A stretch of 64,000 nucleotides of DNA from Somniosus microcephalus (Eukaryota), in contig CM126226.1 in the NCBI GenBank assembly GCA_052327205.1, positions 56,420,001 through 56,484,000 on the forward strand, in the 5' to 3' direction. Under the pieces are notes generated by a model. The model was not told where the DNA came from and made no database searches. It saw only the letters and a program-made list of their open reading frames with translations. A program made the position numbers and the translations under genes. Position 1 is the stretch's first letter. Every line of letters starts with the position of its first letter. Below are positions 50,595-60,904 of this stretch, in pieces.

Positions 50595-51198
50595 AGCCAT
50601 CGTGGCCAAGTACCAATCACATCTCCCTGAGGCTGTTCAGGAACTAGAATATACACAGAACGATCCAAAGGAAGAGGAATCTTCAGGAAGTCAGGATGGT
50701 ATTCCAGTTCACCTCTACGACTTGTTGCAAGCAGAGTGTAACGAGTTGAAAGAACAGTATGAACAGGCTCGGACTACAATCCTGGAAGGGGTTAACTTGG
50801 CAACTTCCGAAAAGCTCGTGTTAGTGAAAGAACATGAACGACTAAAGGTTGACCATAAGCAAGAATTACAAAGTCTGCAGGAAATGTTTGATGAGCTTCA
50901 GGCCAAGGCTGACTCATCGTTAGGGATTCAATCCATAGGAAAAAAATTAGTGGTGGAAGACATACCAGAACAGGGAATACAGGATGTCCAAGAACTCGTT
51001 AAATTATTAAAGGAAACACAAAATAAATATGAAGCGGCAATGGCCGAGGTCCAACGACTTGAAGAACAGATGCAACTGGAAATCTTTTCAGTGGAAGAAA
51101 AGGGAACTGTAAGAAACACAGAGACCGTAAGAATGGGCCATGAACATGAGCTTAAATCGTCAGAGGAAGAAGGGTTTGGAGCTCTCAAAAGTTATTGA
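50485..51198 (+). CDS. Cargo ORF B: coiled coil resembling ANKRD24/RAI14/UACA-family segments
   Basis: DHRAIVAKYQSHLPEAVQ, IPVHLYDLLQAECNELKEQY and LKETQNKYEAAMAEVQRLEEQMQL match family motifs recalled from memory; not database-checked. Confidence 0.6.
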   Translation: MPRLLQEMEKVKKFWDTEWESLERQQRQPTQAESDHRAIVAKYQSHLPEAVQELEYTQNDPKEEESSGSQDGIPVHLYDLLQAECNELKEQYEQARTTILEGVNLATSEKLVLVKEHERLKVDHKQELQSLQEMFDELQAKADSSLGIQSIGKKLVVEDIPEQGIQDVQELVKLLKETQNKYEAAMAEVQRLEEQMQLEIFSVEEKGTVRNTETVRMGHEHELKSSEEEGFGALKSY

Positions 51199-51784
51199 AA
51201 TAGCCGAGGTTGCAACACAGACTGAGAAGTTGGCAGCAGAGCAACCCTTAGATACCAAAAGTACGCTGACTCATGTCAAGGTTGAACAACAGAACGCTGA
51301 AACAACTGCTCCGGTAGAGGGATTGAATAGTCCGATCAATCAATCTCCAAAGGAAGTTGAAGTATTAAAATCACAAATGAGGTCATTAGTAAACAACTTG
51401 CTGAAAGCCCAGAAAAAGTTAGAGGAAGCGGAACACGTGAAGAAGTCTCTTCAGGAAAGATGTCTGGATTTGGAACAAAAGCTGGCTGACGTCCAGCTGG
51501 GTAGGGAGGACATAGAAGACCCTCTCGCTGGCCTAGCTCAGGACGACTCCGAATATTACTATGTCCTGTCCTGCCCAACTTGTAACTTCGACTCCCACCA
51601 TACAGAAATCATGGAGGAGCACCGAAAGTCTACGGAACATCGGGAGAAGGTGGCTCTACTACGAAAAAGGAGGAAGAGAAGGAGGAACTGCGCATGCAGC
51701 TGGCAGCTGACAGTGGAGCTCAGAGAGTCTCCAAGAAGCAGAAAAGGAAAAGTCGAAACAGAAGATGACCCATCTGAACCATGA
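51140..51784 (+). CDS. Cargo ORF C: optineurin-like coiled coil, C2H2 (U1/matrin-like) zinc finger and basic NLS
   Basis: EVATQTE...EVEVLKSQMRSLVNNLLKAQKKLEEAEHVKKSLQERCLDLEQK, then CPTC-x12-H-x5-H, then RKRRKRRR. Confidence 0.6.
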   Translation: MNMSLNRQRKKGLELSKVIEIAEVATQTEKLAAEQPLDTKSTLTHVKVEQQNAETTAPVEGLNSPINQSPKEVEVLKSQMRSLVNNLLKAQKKLEEAEHVKKSLQERCLDLEQKLADVQLGREDIEDPLAGLAQDDSEYYYVLSCPTCNFDSHHTEIMEEHRKSTEHREKVALLRKRRKRRRNCACSWQLTVELRESPRSRKGKVETEDDPSEP

Positions 51785-52143
51785 TTACCTCTACCAGATC
51801 ACACACGTGGTCCCTCCGAACGGAGCCAATTCAGTTCGGAAGTTCAAACTGTTAAACCCATGGAAGGACTATTGAATGAGTCACTCCAGCAATGTGAACC
51901 GACTACACCACAGAGACTGAATCTATGAACTGTTTTCCACAGAGACTGAATCTGTGATTTGTTTTGACATGAAGTTATATATGTTATTATGTTATGTTAA
52001 ACATGAAGTTATATGACGTTGACTCCATCGAGAGTATATCTGTAAATTGTTATATGACGTTGACTCCATCGAGAGTATATCTGCAACCTGTTTATATAAA
52101 ATTGAAGATTGTATGTTTAACGGGATTCTGTAAGTAATAAGCT

Positions 52144-52156
52144 AGGAAGGGAGGAG
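52144..52156 (+). promoter_or_regulatory. Polypurine tract
   Basis: AGGAAGGGAGGAG abuts the 3' LTR. Confidence 0.9.
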
Positions 52157-52410
52157 TGTTGTGTATGTAACCGTTTACCTTTAAGGGAACTATAGAATGT
52201 GACCGTTCGCCTTTAAGAGCACTACTTCAGGGTGGCACTATTTATTGGCTCATGTATACTGTAATACCGATAGTGACCACACCAGTATATAAGGGTTGTG
52301 ATACGTTAACTAGGGCAGAAATCGCCCAGACCTCTGAATAGTAAAGACCTGTTTTATTTGTACTTCTAAAGTCTCTGAAGTTATTTACTGCACAACCTAC
52401 AGACTTTACA
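52157..52410 (+). repeat. 3' LTR
   Basis: 254 bp, followed by the TSD GCGCG. Confidence 0.97.
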
Positions 52411-52704
52411 GCGCGCATCTCATAACAATCCTGAGCTATTCCATAACTGCAAAGGCTACCGCTCATGTAATGTGCAGTTGGTATGCGACCACACATGGCG
52501 GATCCTGACCGTCAATGCCCGCTATCCTGGCAGCAGCCACGATGCCTTCATCCTGTGCCAGACCAGCGGGCCAGATCTATTCCAGCCTCCACATGAAGCT
52601 TGCGGCTGGCTGCTGGGAGACGAGGGCTATCCGCTCTCCACCTGGCTCATCACTCCCCTCCTCAACCCCAACACTCCTGGCCAGCACTCATACAATGAGA
52701 GCCA

Positions 52705-53204
52705 NNNNNNNNNNNNNNNNNNNNNNNNNNNNNNNNNNNNNNNNNNNNNNNNNNNNNNNNNNNNNNNNNNNNNNNNNNNNNNNNNNNNNNNNNNNNNNNN
52801 NNNNNNNNNNNNNNNNNNNNNNNNNNNNNNNNNNNNNNNNNNNNNNNNNNNNNNNNNNNNNNNNNNNNNNNNNNNNNNNNNNNNNNNNNNNNNNNNNNNN
52901 NNNNNNNNNNNNNNNNNNNNNNNNNNNNNNNNNNNNNNNNNNNNNNNNNNNNNNNNNNNNNNNNNNNNNNNNNNNNNNNNNNNNNNNNNNNNNNNNNNNN
53001 NNNNNNNNNNNNNNNNNNNNNNNNNNNNNNNNNNNNNNNNNNNNNNNNNNNNNNNNNNNNNNNNNNNNNNNNNNNNNNNNNNNNNNNNNNNNNNNNNNNN
53101 NNNNNNNNNNNNNNNNNNNNNNNNNNNNNNNNNNNNNNNNNNNNNNNNNNNNNNNNNNNNNNNNNNNNNNNNNNNNNNNNNNNNNNNNNNNNNNNNNNNN
53201 NNNN
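52705..53204. other. Assembly gap (500 N)
   Basis: Run of N. Confidence 1.
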
Positions 53205-53589
53205 GATACACGCTGGAGTCCCGGTTAAAGAACCCCTTGAGACAGCGACAAATAAGAACAGAAAGCCCACGGATGTTTACATTTGCTTGAAAAATGTAGC
53301 TTATCATTTTTAGCCAAACGTGGTTAAAATATTGTATTAAAGAACTTATTCAGGAGAGAGAGCGTTGGTGTGTGGTGACGTTTGGAAGTGCACAGAAAAT
53401 GACTGAAGTATCCTTTCATAAGTTAATAATTTCACCTAAACAGGGTTGACAGTCCATGCTGTAACCTCAATAATCACACATGAGGAAGTGTATGTTACAT
53501 CATAAAATTGAGTAAATGTTTTATAAAATAGCTCTTTTTTTGCTGTCAAAGATTTTTAGGCTTAGAACCCCTCGGATCTTTTTTAAAAA

Positions 53590-53768
53590 TTTGTTCCTGG
53601 GATGTGGGCATCGCTGGCAAGGCCAGCATTTATTGCCCATCCCTAATTGCCCTCGAGAAGGTGGTGGTGAGCCGCCTTCTTGAACCGCTGCAGTCCGTGT
53701 GGTGAAGGTGCTCCCACAGTGCTGTTAGGGGGGGAGTTCCAGGATTTTGACTCAGCGACGATGAAGGA
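53590..53768 (-). mobile_element. CR1-clade LINE (second family), 3' end
   Basis: Same 3'UTR as the copies at 5803 and 24348. Confidence 0.85.
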
Positions 53769-53801
53769 AATAACGCAACTCATAAAAAGACTTCTGTGTT
53801 C

Positions 53802-53958
53802 NNNNNNNNNNNNNNNNNNNNNNNNNNNNNNNNNNNNNNNNNNNNNNNNNNNNNNNNNNNNNNNNNNNNNNNNNNNNNNNNNNNNNNNNNNNNNNNNNNN
53901 NNNNNNNNNNNNNNNNNNNNNNNNNNNNNNNNNNNNNNNNNNNNNNNNNNNNNNNNNN
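53802..53958. other. Assembly gap (157 N)
   Basis: Run of N. Confidence 1.
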
Positions 53959-56012
53959 AGAGAGAGAGGGGGAAGGAGGAGAGAGAGAGAGAGGAAGGAG
54001 GAGAGAGAGAGAGGGGGAAGGGGGAGAGAGAGAGGGGGAAGGAGGAGAGAGAGAGGGGGAAGGAGGAGAGAGAGAGAGGGGGAAGGAGGAGAGAGAGAAG
54101 GAGGAGAGAGAGAGAGGGGGAAGGAGAGAGAGGGGGGGAGGAGAGAGCGAGGGGAAGGAGGAGAGAGAGAGAGAGGAGGAAGGAGGAGAGAGAGAGGGGG
54201 AAGGAGGAGAGAGAGAGGGGGAAGGAGGAGAGAGAGAGTGGGAAGGAGGAGAGAGAGAGAGGGGGAAGGAGGAGAGAGAGAGAGGGGGGAGGAGGAGAGA
54301 GAGAGAGGGGGGAGGAGGAGAGAGAGAGGGGGGAGGAGGAGAGAGAGAGAGGGGAAGGAGGACAGAGAGAGGGGGAAGGAGGAGAGAGAGAGGGGGAAGG
54401 AGGAGAGAGAGGGGGGGAAGGAGGAGAGAGAGAGAGGGGGAAGGAGGAGAGAGAGAGGGGGAAGGAGGAGAGAGAGAGGGGGAAGGAGGAGAGAGAGAGG
54501 GGGGAAGGAGGAGAGAGAGAGAGGGGGAAGGAGGAGAGAGAGAGAGGGAGAAGGAGGAGAGAGAGAGAGAGGGGGAAGGAGGAGAGAGAGAGAGAGGGGG
54601 AAGGAGGAGAGAGAGAAGGAGGAGAGAGAGAGAGGGGGAAGGAGAGGGGGAAGGAGGAGAGAGAGAGTGGGAAGGAGGAGAGAGAGAGGGGGGAAGGAGG
54701 AGAGAGAGAGAGGGGGGAGGAGGAGAGAGAGAGAGGGGGAGGAGGAAGAGAGAGAGGGGGAGGAGGAGAGAGAGAGAGGGGGAAGGAGGACAGAGAGAGG
54801 GGGAAGGAGGAGACGAGAGAGAGGGAGAGAGGGGGGGAAGGAGGAGAGAGAGAGAGGGGAAGGAGGAGAGAGAGAGGGGGAGGAGGAGGAGAGAGAGGGG
54901 GGAAGGAGGAGAGAGAGAGAGGGGGAAGGAGGAGAGAGAGAGAGGGGGAAGGAGGAGAGAGAGAGAGAGGGGGAAGGAGGAGAGAGAGAAGGAGGAGAGA
55001 GAGAGAGGGGGAAGGAGAGAGGGGGAAGGAGAGAGGGGGAAGGAGGAGAGAGAGAGAGAGAGGGGGAAGGAGGAGAGAGAGAGAGAGAGGGGGAAGGAGG
55101 AGAGAGAGAGGGGGAAGGAGGAGAGAGAGAGGGGGAAGGAGGAGAGAGAGGGGGGAAGGAGGAGAGAGAGAGAGGAGGAAGGAGGAGAGAGAGAGAGGGG
55201 GAAGGAGGAGAGAGAGAGAGGGGGAAGGAGGAGAGAGAGAGTGGGGGAAGGAGGAGAGAGAGAGAGAGGGGGAAGGAGGAGAGAGAGAGAGGGGGAAGGA
55301 GGAGAGAGATGGGGGAAGGAGGAGAGAGAGAGGGGGGGAAGGAGGAGAGAGAGAGAGGGGAAGGAGGAGAGAGAGAGGGGGAAGGAGGAGAGAGAGAGGG
55401 GGAAGGAGGAGAGAGAGAGGGGGAAGGAGGAGAGAGAGAAGGGGAAGGAGGAGAGAGAGAGGGGGAAGGAGGAGAGAGAGGGGGGGAAGGAGGAGAGAGA
55501 GAGGGGGAAGGAGGAGAGAGAGAAGGGGAAGGAGGAGAGAGAGAGGGGGAAGGAGGAGAGAGAGAGGGGGAAGGAGGAGAGAGAGAAGGGGAAGGAGGAG
55601 AGAGAGAGGGGGAAGGAGGAGAGAGAGAGGGGGAAGGAGGAGAGAGAGAGGGGGAAGGAGGAGAGAGAGAGAGGGGGAAGGAGGAGAGAGAGAGAGGGGG
55701 AAGGAGGAGAGAGAGAGAGAGGGGGAAGGAGGAGAGAGAGAGAGGGGGAAGGAGGAGAGAGAGAGAAGGGGAAGGAGGAGAGAGAGAAGGGGAAGGAGGA
55801 GAGAGAGAGGGGGAAGGAGGAGAGAGAGAGGGGGAAGGAGGAGAGAGAGAGAGGGGGAAGGAGGAGAGAGAGAGAGGGGGAAGGAGGAGAGAGAGAGAGG
55901 GGGAAGGAGGAGAGAGAGAGAGGGGGAAGGAGGAGAGAGCGAGGGGGAAGGAGGTGAGAGAGAGAGGGGGAAGGAGGAGAGAGAGGGGGAAGGAGGAGAG
56001 AGAGAGAGAGGG
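53959..56012. repeat. GA-rich polypurine repeat (GGGGGAAGGAG(GA)n)
   Basis: About 2 kb of almost pure purine. Confidence 0.97.
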
Positions 56013-57032
56013 TGATCTAAAATGTCACTTTATTTGTATATCTACACTATTTCTGCACATTCTTGTTTTTAAAAGATTGTTTTGAAAGATCAATGAAATC
56101 TGTGAGAAAACAATGATTAAACTTTGAAGGATTAGGTTCCCCTATTGACTCTGATGGCTTCGTTAGCAAATGCACGAAATGAGTTTTACACTGAGCCACA
56201 CGGATCGGGGAGGTATCGGAGATCAATCCCTGTGTTGTGCAGAATGAGTTGATCTCCGTTGCGAAGGGTCAGTCGGCACACTATAGTTAACCTCACAGCC
56301 CCTGAGTTAAATCAGCCTGGTACAATTTGTCGATGTCTGGTCGGGATGTGAGGTCAGGATTGGGCTCCGGAAGGGTGGTGGAAATTTGGAACTCGCTCCC
56401 CCAAAAGGATGTCGATGCTGGGGGCCAATTGAAATTTTCAAGAATGAGACTGATAGATTTTTGTTAGGTATGGGTGTCAATCGATGTGGAACAAGGGCGG
56501 GTAAATAGAGTTGAGGTAAAGATCAGTAATGATCTAATTGAATGGCAGAACAGGCTCGAGGGGCTGAATGGCCTCCTCCTGTTCCTATATTTCTGCAGAT
56601 TAGACTGTGATTCTCCCCATGACTAAGCAGCCTGCCAATACACATGGTCTGGACTCACATGAAGAGCAGTCACTTCAGTAAGGTACCTGTGGAATTGTAT
56701 GTGTGGCAGCGCCATCAGAAGCAAGGGAGGAATCGTGAATAAAAGTTTGGAGAATCTGTAAAGTCATGTGATGCTCCGAGTGGAGCGTTCCATTTTACCA
56801 GACGTCTGAAGGGAGGTGCACAATGATGCAATTGGTGCTGCAATACTATTGGAGCACTGACCACATAGGCAATAGATACTCCTTAAGTTTATTAAAGAGT
56901 GAAGAACTCTTCCTGAAAGTTGTACTGTATTTATGTGCACCGCAGCAATATGATGTAAACTTTCCTATTGATTCTATATAGTTTGAAAGCTGAATTCGAG
57001 AATCAGACTGTATTAGGAACCGAGTCTACCTG

Positions 57033-57495
57033 GTGTCAGCTGTGGCTCAGTGGGCAGCACACTCGCCTCTGAGTCAGAAGGTTGTGGGTTCACCCACTTG
57101 ATTCGCGCACAAAAAGTTAGGCTGACACTTCAGTGCAACGCTCAGGGAGCGCTGCACTGTCTGAGGTGCCGTCATTCAATTGAGACGTTAAACCGAGGCC
57201 CCGTCTGCTCTCTCAGGTGAACATAAAAGATCCCATGGCACTATTTTGAAGAAGAGCAGGGGAGTTCTCCCCGGTGTCCTGGGGCCAATGTTTGTCCCTC
57301 AACCAACATCACTAAAAACAGATGATCTGGTCATTATCACATTGCTGTTTGTGGGAGCTTGCTGTGCGCAAATTGGCTGCAGCGTTTCCTACATTACAAC
57401 AGTGACCACACTTCAAAAAGTACTTCATTGGCTGTAAAGCGCTTTGGGACGTCCTGGGATTGTGAAGGACGCTGGAGAAATGCAAGTCTTTCTTT
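57033..57495 (+). mobile_element. DeuSINE-type SINE
   Basis: A box, Deu core and tail. Confidence 0.87.
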
Positions 57496-57585
57496 TATAT
57501 ATTCAGATTTCTAGGCCTCGCTATTCGCTGGGGAAAAGAAACAGTCTTTGGATCCGCTTGCTGGCCATTCAGAGGGCATTCAGAG

Positions 57586-57862
57586 GACACCTGGGAATCC
57601 CTGGCCCAAGACCACACAAAGTGGAGGAGAAGCATCCGGGAAGGCGCCGAACACCTCGAGTCTCTTCGCCGGGAGCAAGCGGAAGCCAAGCGCAAGCAGC
57701 GCACGCCAACCCAAGCAGCCCACCCACCTGCCCCTTCAACCACCGTCTGCCCCACCTGTGACAGAGACTGTAGGTCCCGCATTGGACTCAACATTCACCT
57801 GAGAACTCATTTTTAATGTGGAAGCAAGTCATCCTCGGTTCCGAGGGACTGCCTAAGAAGAT
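57586..57862 (+). mobile_element. RTE LINE 3' fragment
   Basis: Closely matches 26283-26570. Confidence 0.88.
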
Positions 57863-58238
57863 TTTTTCAACAGAGATATAAAGAAAAACCTGCAATTGCT
57901 CGTAATCTGAAATAAAAACAGGAGCATGCTGGAAATCCACAGCAGGACCATCAATGTCTGAAAAAGTAGAAAGCATTGAAAGAGTGCCTCGTCATCCTCT
58001 CGGAAACAATGCCCGGATTTTGCGGTCGGGGTGAAGGCGCGGTACTTGCCGTTCATCACGCTTACAGCAGCCCACAGAGTTTTTGCGGGCTTTTGAGCGG
58101 CAATTTATGGTTATTCGAGACCCTTGTCAGTGTGGTGCCCTCTACAGGGTGACCTGTGACCTGTGTGAACAGGGCAAGCAACAGCGTGTCTCTTCAACCA
58201 ACCAATCGGATTGAAGAATCTTCACTGAGACACGCGGG

Positions 58239-58770
58239 GGGGTGGATTTTAACCCCTCAGAAATGGGTGGGCTGGGGTTGGGTGAGATGGTAAAACTTTA
58301 AAAATGACAAACCTGACCCCAACTCGCCTCCAACCCTCTCACTTCCGGGTTTAACGGAGGCGGGACGGGGGGGGGGGGGCGGGGGAGGGCAGGCAACCAA
58401 CCTTTTCCCAGGGGGTGGATTGGCCATTTAAATATTTTAATGAGACTGGCAGCCTCTGATTTGACCTGCTTTGCAGGTTTAACCCTGGCCAGCCGGGTTT
58501 CCCGGGCCTCCGGAAACCTGGCAGCTCAAGGGAAGTGAGGACTGCTTCGGGGAGAAGGTAAGTGCCTTTCCAGTGCTGTTTGTGGGCCAGGAGGAACAAG
58601 AGTGCTTCCCCCGGCCCCCCCCCACCCCCCCAAGCTTACCTCCTTCCCTGGGATCGGACCCCACCTCTTAGACCTGCCCCCCATCCAAAGACCACCCCCC
58701 ATCGGGGATAGGAGACCCCTGCTGGGGTCAGGGATCGGACCCCGCCCCCACCCGGGATTGGACATCCCCT
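58239..58770. mobile_element. Partial Harbinger-like non-autonomous element
   Basis: Similar to 26750-27075. Confidence 0.55.
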
Positions 58771-59929
58771 GTAATGTTTTTCCGAAGATTTAGTACAAAA
58801 TGCTAGAATGGGTTAGAAACAAAGTCAAACTTAAAATAAAAATCAGAAGCGAGACAGAATGAGGAAGCTTAGAGAATAGAAGTGGAAAAAGTAGAGGTGA
58901 TCACAGCAGAAACGTTCAACAAGCAAACAGTTTAAAACATTGCATTTTTATTTATGATGGCGCATGTGAAGTGTCGGTTTATTTCTGTCAGGTTCAGTAA
59001 TAAAGTTATTCCTGACATTTGATGATCTTTACCAAAAAGAATCCTGATAGTTTCAACACCACAGGGTGCGAACCGAAAACTTTAAGATAAAAGATCAGCT
59101 GGATTCGAGAAATTGGAATCTCAGCAGTTTGGGGATTAAATTAAATGAAGTCATCTCATCCTCAGATGGGTTTTGATTTACCAGTAACTGTTAATGTCTA
59201 TTTTTTAGTTCTGTGTTTCATTATGAACTTGGGTTAAAAAAAAACCTTCCTCAAATTTGCCACTGGTTTGTGTTCAGAAATGAAACCAACTTCTGCTCCC
59301 CAACAGGCTGCAGACATCACTCGCACAAAATGCAGAATATAAGAGAAAGTTTGCAGGGCTATGGGGCGAGAGCGGGGGAGCGGGACTATTTGGAGAGCCC
59401 TTTCAAAGAGCAGGCACAGGCACGATGGGCCGAAAGGCCTCCTTGTGTGCTGTCTGATTCTACAGTCACACTACAGCCGTAGACTACTGTATAGACTCAA
59501 AGCAGCGAGCAGGCTGTTCCAGTGGCCAGTATTAAATGGTACAATAGTTTGATTGCTTGTATTAAATGATTAGCTTTGTGACTCCCAGCAGAAGCACATT
59601 GTGTTCTGGTTCATGTATTGTAGTTGTTCTGGGATTGTGTAGATAAGACGGAGGGATCAATTTTAACCCATGGGGAGGCACAGGTTGGTTACCTGCTCGG
59701 AACTACCCCCCTTTCCCGCCGCCTCTGATCTTCACCTGCGGGGTTTTGCAGGCGGCTGAGGTGCCTGCAGGGCCCTCGTGAATTTATCCCACTTGGGGCC
59801 TTATTACATCAATAGGACCCCAATTGCATTTTAACCAGGGCCTGAGAGGGAAAACCGCCCTGGCATTCCTGCCAGGTGAAACCAGGGCGGCAGCAGTCGG
59901 AAAGGATGGAGGAGGTTACAGAGAGGCCA

Positions 59930-60275
59930 CCCCTCCCTATCGCTCTAACCTCCAGCCCTACAACCCTCCGAGATCTCTGCGCTCCTCCAATTCTGGCCTC
60001 TTGCACATCCCCGATTTTAATCGCTCCACTATTGGTGGCCGTGCCTTCAGCTGCCTGGGCCCTAAGCTCTGGAATTCCCTCTCTAAACCTCTCTGCCTCT
60101 CTACCGCTCCTTTCAGAAGCTCCTTAAAACCGACCTCTTTGACCGAGCTTCTGGTCACCTGTCCTAATGTCTCCTTCCGTGGCTCGGTGTCAATTTCTGT
60201 TTTGATAATCGCTCCTGTGAAGCCCCTTGGGGTGTTTTACTATGTTAAAGGGGCTATATAAATACAAGTTGTTTT
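59930..60275 (+). mobile_element. L2 LINE 3' end
   Basis: Encodes LQPYNPPRSLRSS...GGRAFSCLGPKLWNSL and ends in GCTATATAAATACAAGTTG. Confidence 0.85.
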
Positions 60276-60286
60276 TGTTGTTATTA

Positions 60287-60543
60287 TCGGGTTGCTATCT
60301 CTCCAGGATTGCCCTGGAGTCTCCAGGATTTGAAGATTAATCTCCAGGGCACTGCTGTGAGCAAACCTGGAGAAAAATCATAGAAGTATTAAAAAAATTG
60401 AGTTTTCTTCATTTTCTTTTAAAACTTTCATTTCATAGTTATAAAAATTTGGAAAAGGGGAAAAGGCTGTTTGACAGGGCGGGGCAGTTGGAGGTCATGT
60501 GATAAACCTCCAGGAATACCTCCAACCAGAGTTGGTAACCCTA
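60287..60543. mobile_element. hAT-like MITE
   Basis: Imperfect TIR: GGGTTGCTATCTCT and AGAGTTGGTAACCC. Subterminal CTCCAGG repeats. No TSD was resolved. Confidence 0.55.
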
Positions 60544-60825
60544 GAAGGAATGCTCCTTTGAGGCCTACAAGGGAATTCGCAGCTTCCCCTGCCCCAGACG
60601 CCAAACCTCCTCCTCCCACGAGTCCCTCCCAAAACGCCCTGCGGCGCCATTTATCTACCAGGCCACAGGCAGCCAAGGGAGGCCTGATCCTACAGCAACC
60701 GGTAGCTGCTCCATGTCCTCTTCTTGCCCATTCCGGATGGGAAGTGGATCAGCGGCATTTAAATGAGGCCCAGCGGTTAAACTCACCAAAGACCTCTTGG
60801 TGAGTGGGAAATTAACTCAACAGAG

Positions 60826-60904
60826 TGTCAGCCAGTGGCTCAGTGGGTAGCACACTCGCCTCTGAGTCAGAAGGTTGTGGGTTTAAGTCCCACTCCAGGA
60901 ACTT
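60826..60904 (+). mobile_element. DeuSINE tRNA-like head
   Basis: A and B boxes. The matching body appears at 63681. Confidence 0.8.

Larger units (their letters stand above)
47994..52410 (+). mobile_element. Non-autonomous Ty3/Gypsy (Mag-like) LTR retrotransposon with pol replaced by host-like sequence
   Basis: Identical 254-bp LTRs, TSD GCGCG, PBS, PPT and a gag-protease ORF. No RT, RNase H or integrase ORF. Confidence 0.95.
44811..52704 (+). mobile_element. PIF/Harbinger transposon hosting a minisatellite and an LTR element; right end lost in the gap
   Basis: Left end GGGCCAGAAATTG resembles the TIR of the element at 13305. GCGCTATTTAAA (47271) is shared with the element at 32654. A transposase follows. 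Confidence 0.75.
47540..52704 (+). pseudogene. Harbinger (HARBI1-like) DDE transposase split by the LTR element; coding parts 47540-47993 and 52416-52704
   Basis: LNFYASGSFQ, GFPMVQGAIDCTHI, NVQLVCD, YPGSSHDAFIL and WLLGDEGYP. The frame is continuous once the insert and one TSD are removed. Confidence 0.92.

Noticed and set aside
52472-53307. ORFs spanning X runs
   Set aside because: Created by the assembly gap; only 52416-52704 is real transposase.
53680-56085. Long Glu/Arg/Gly-rich ORFs
   Set aside because: Artefact of the purine tract and the N gap.
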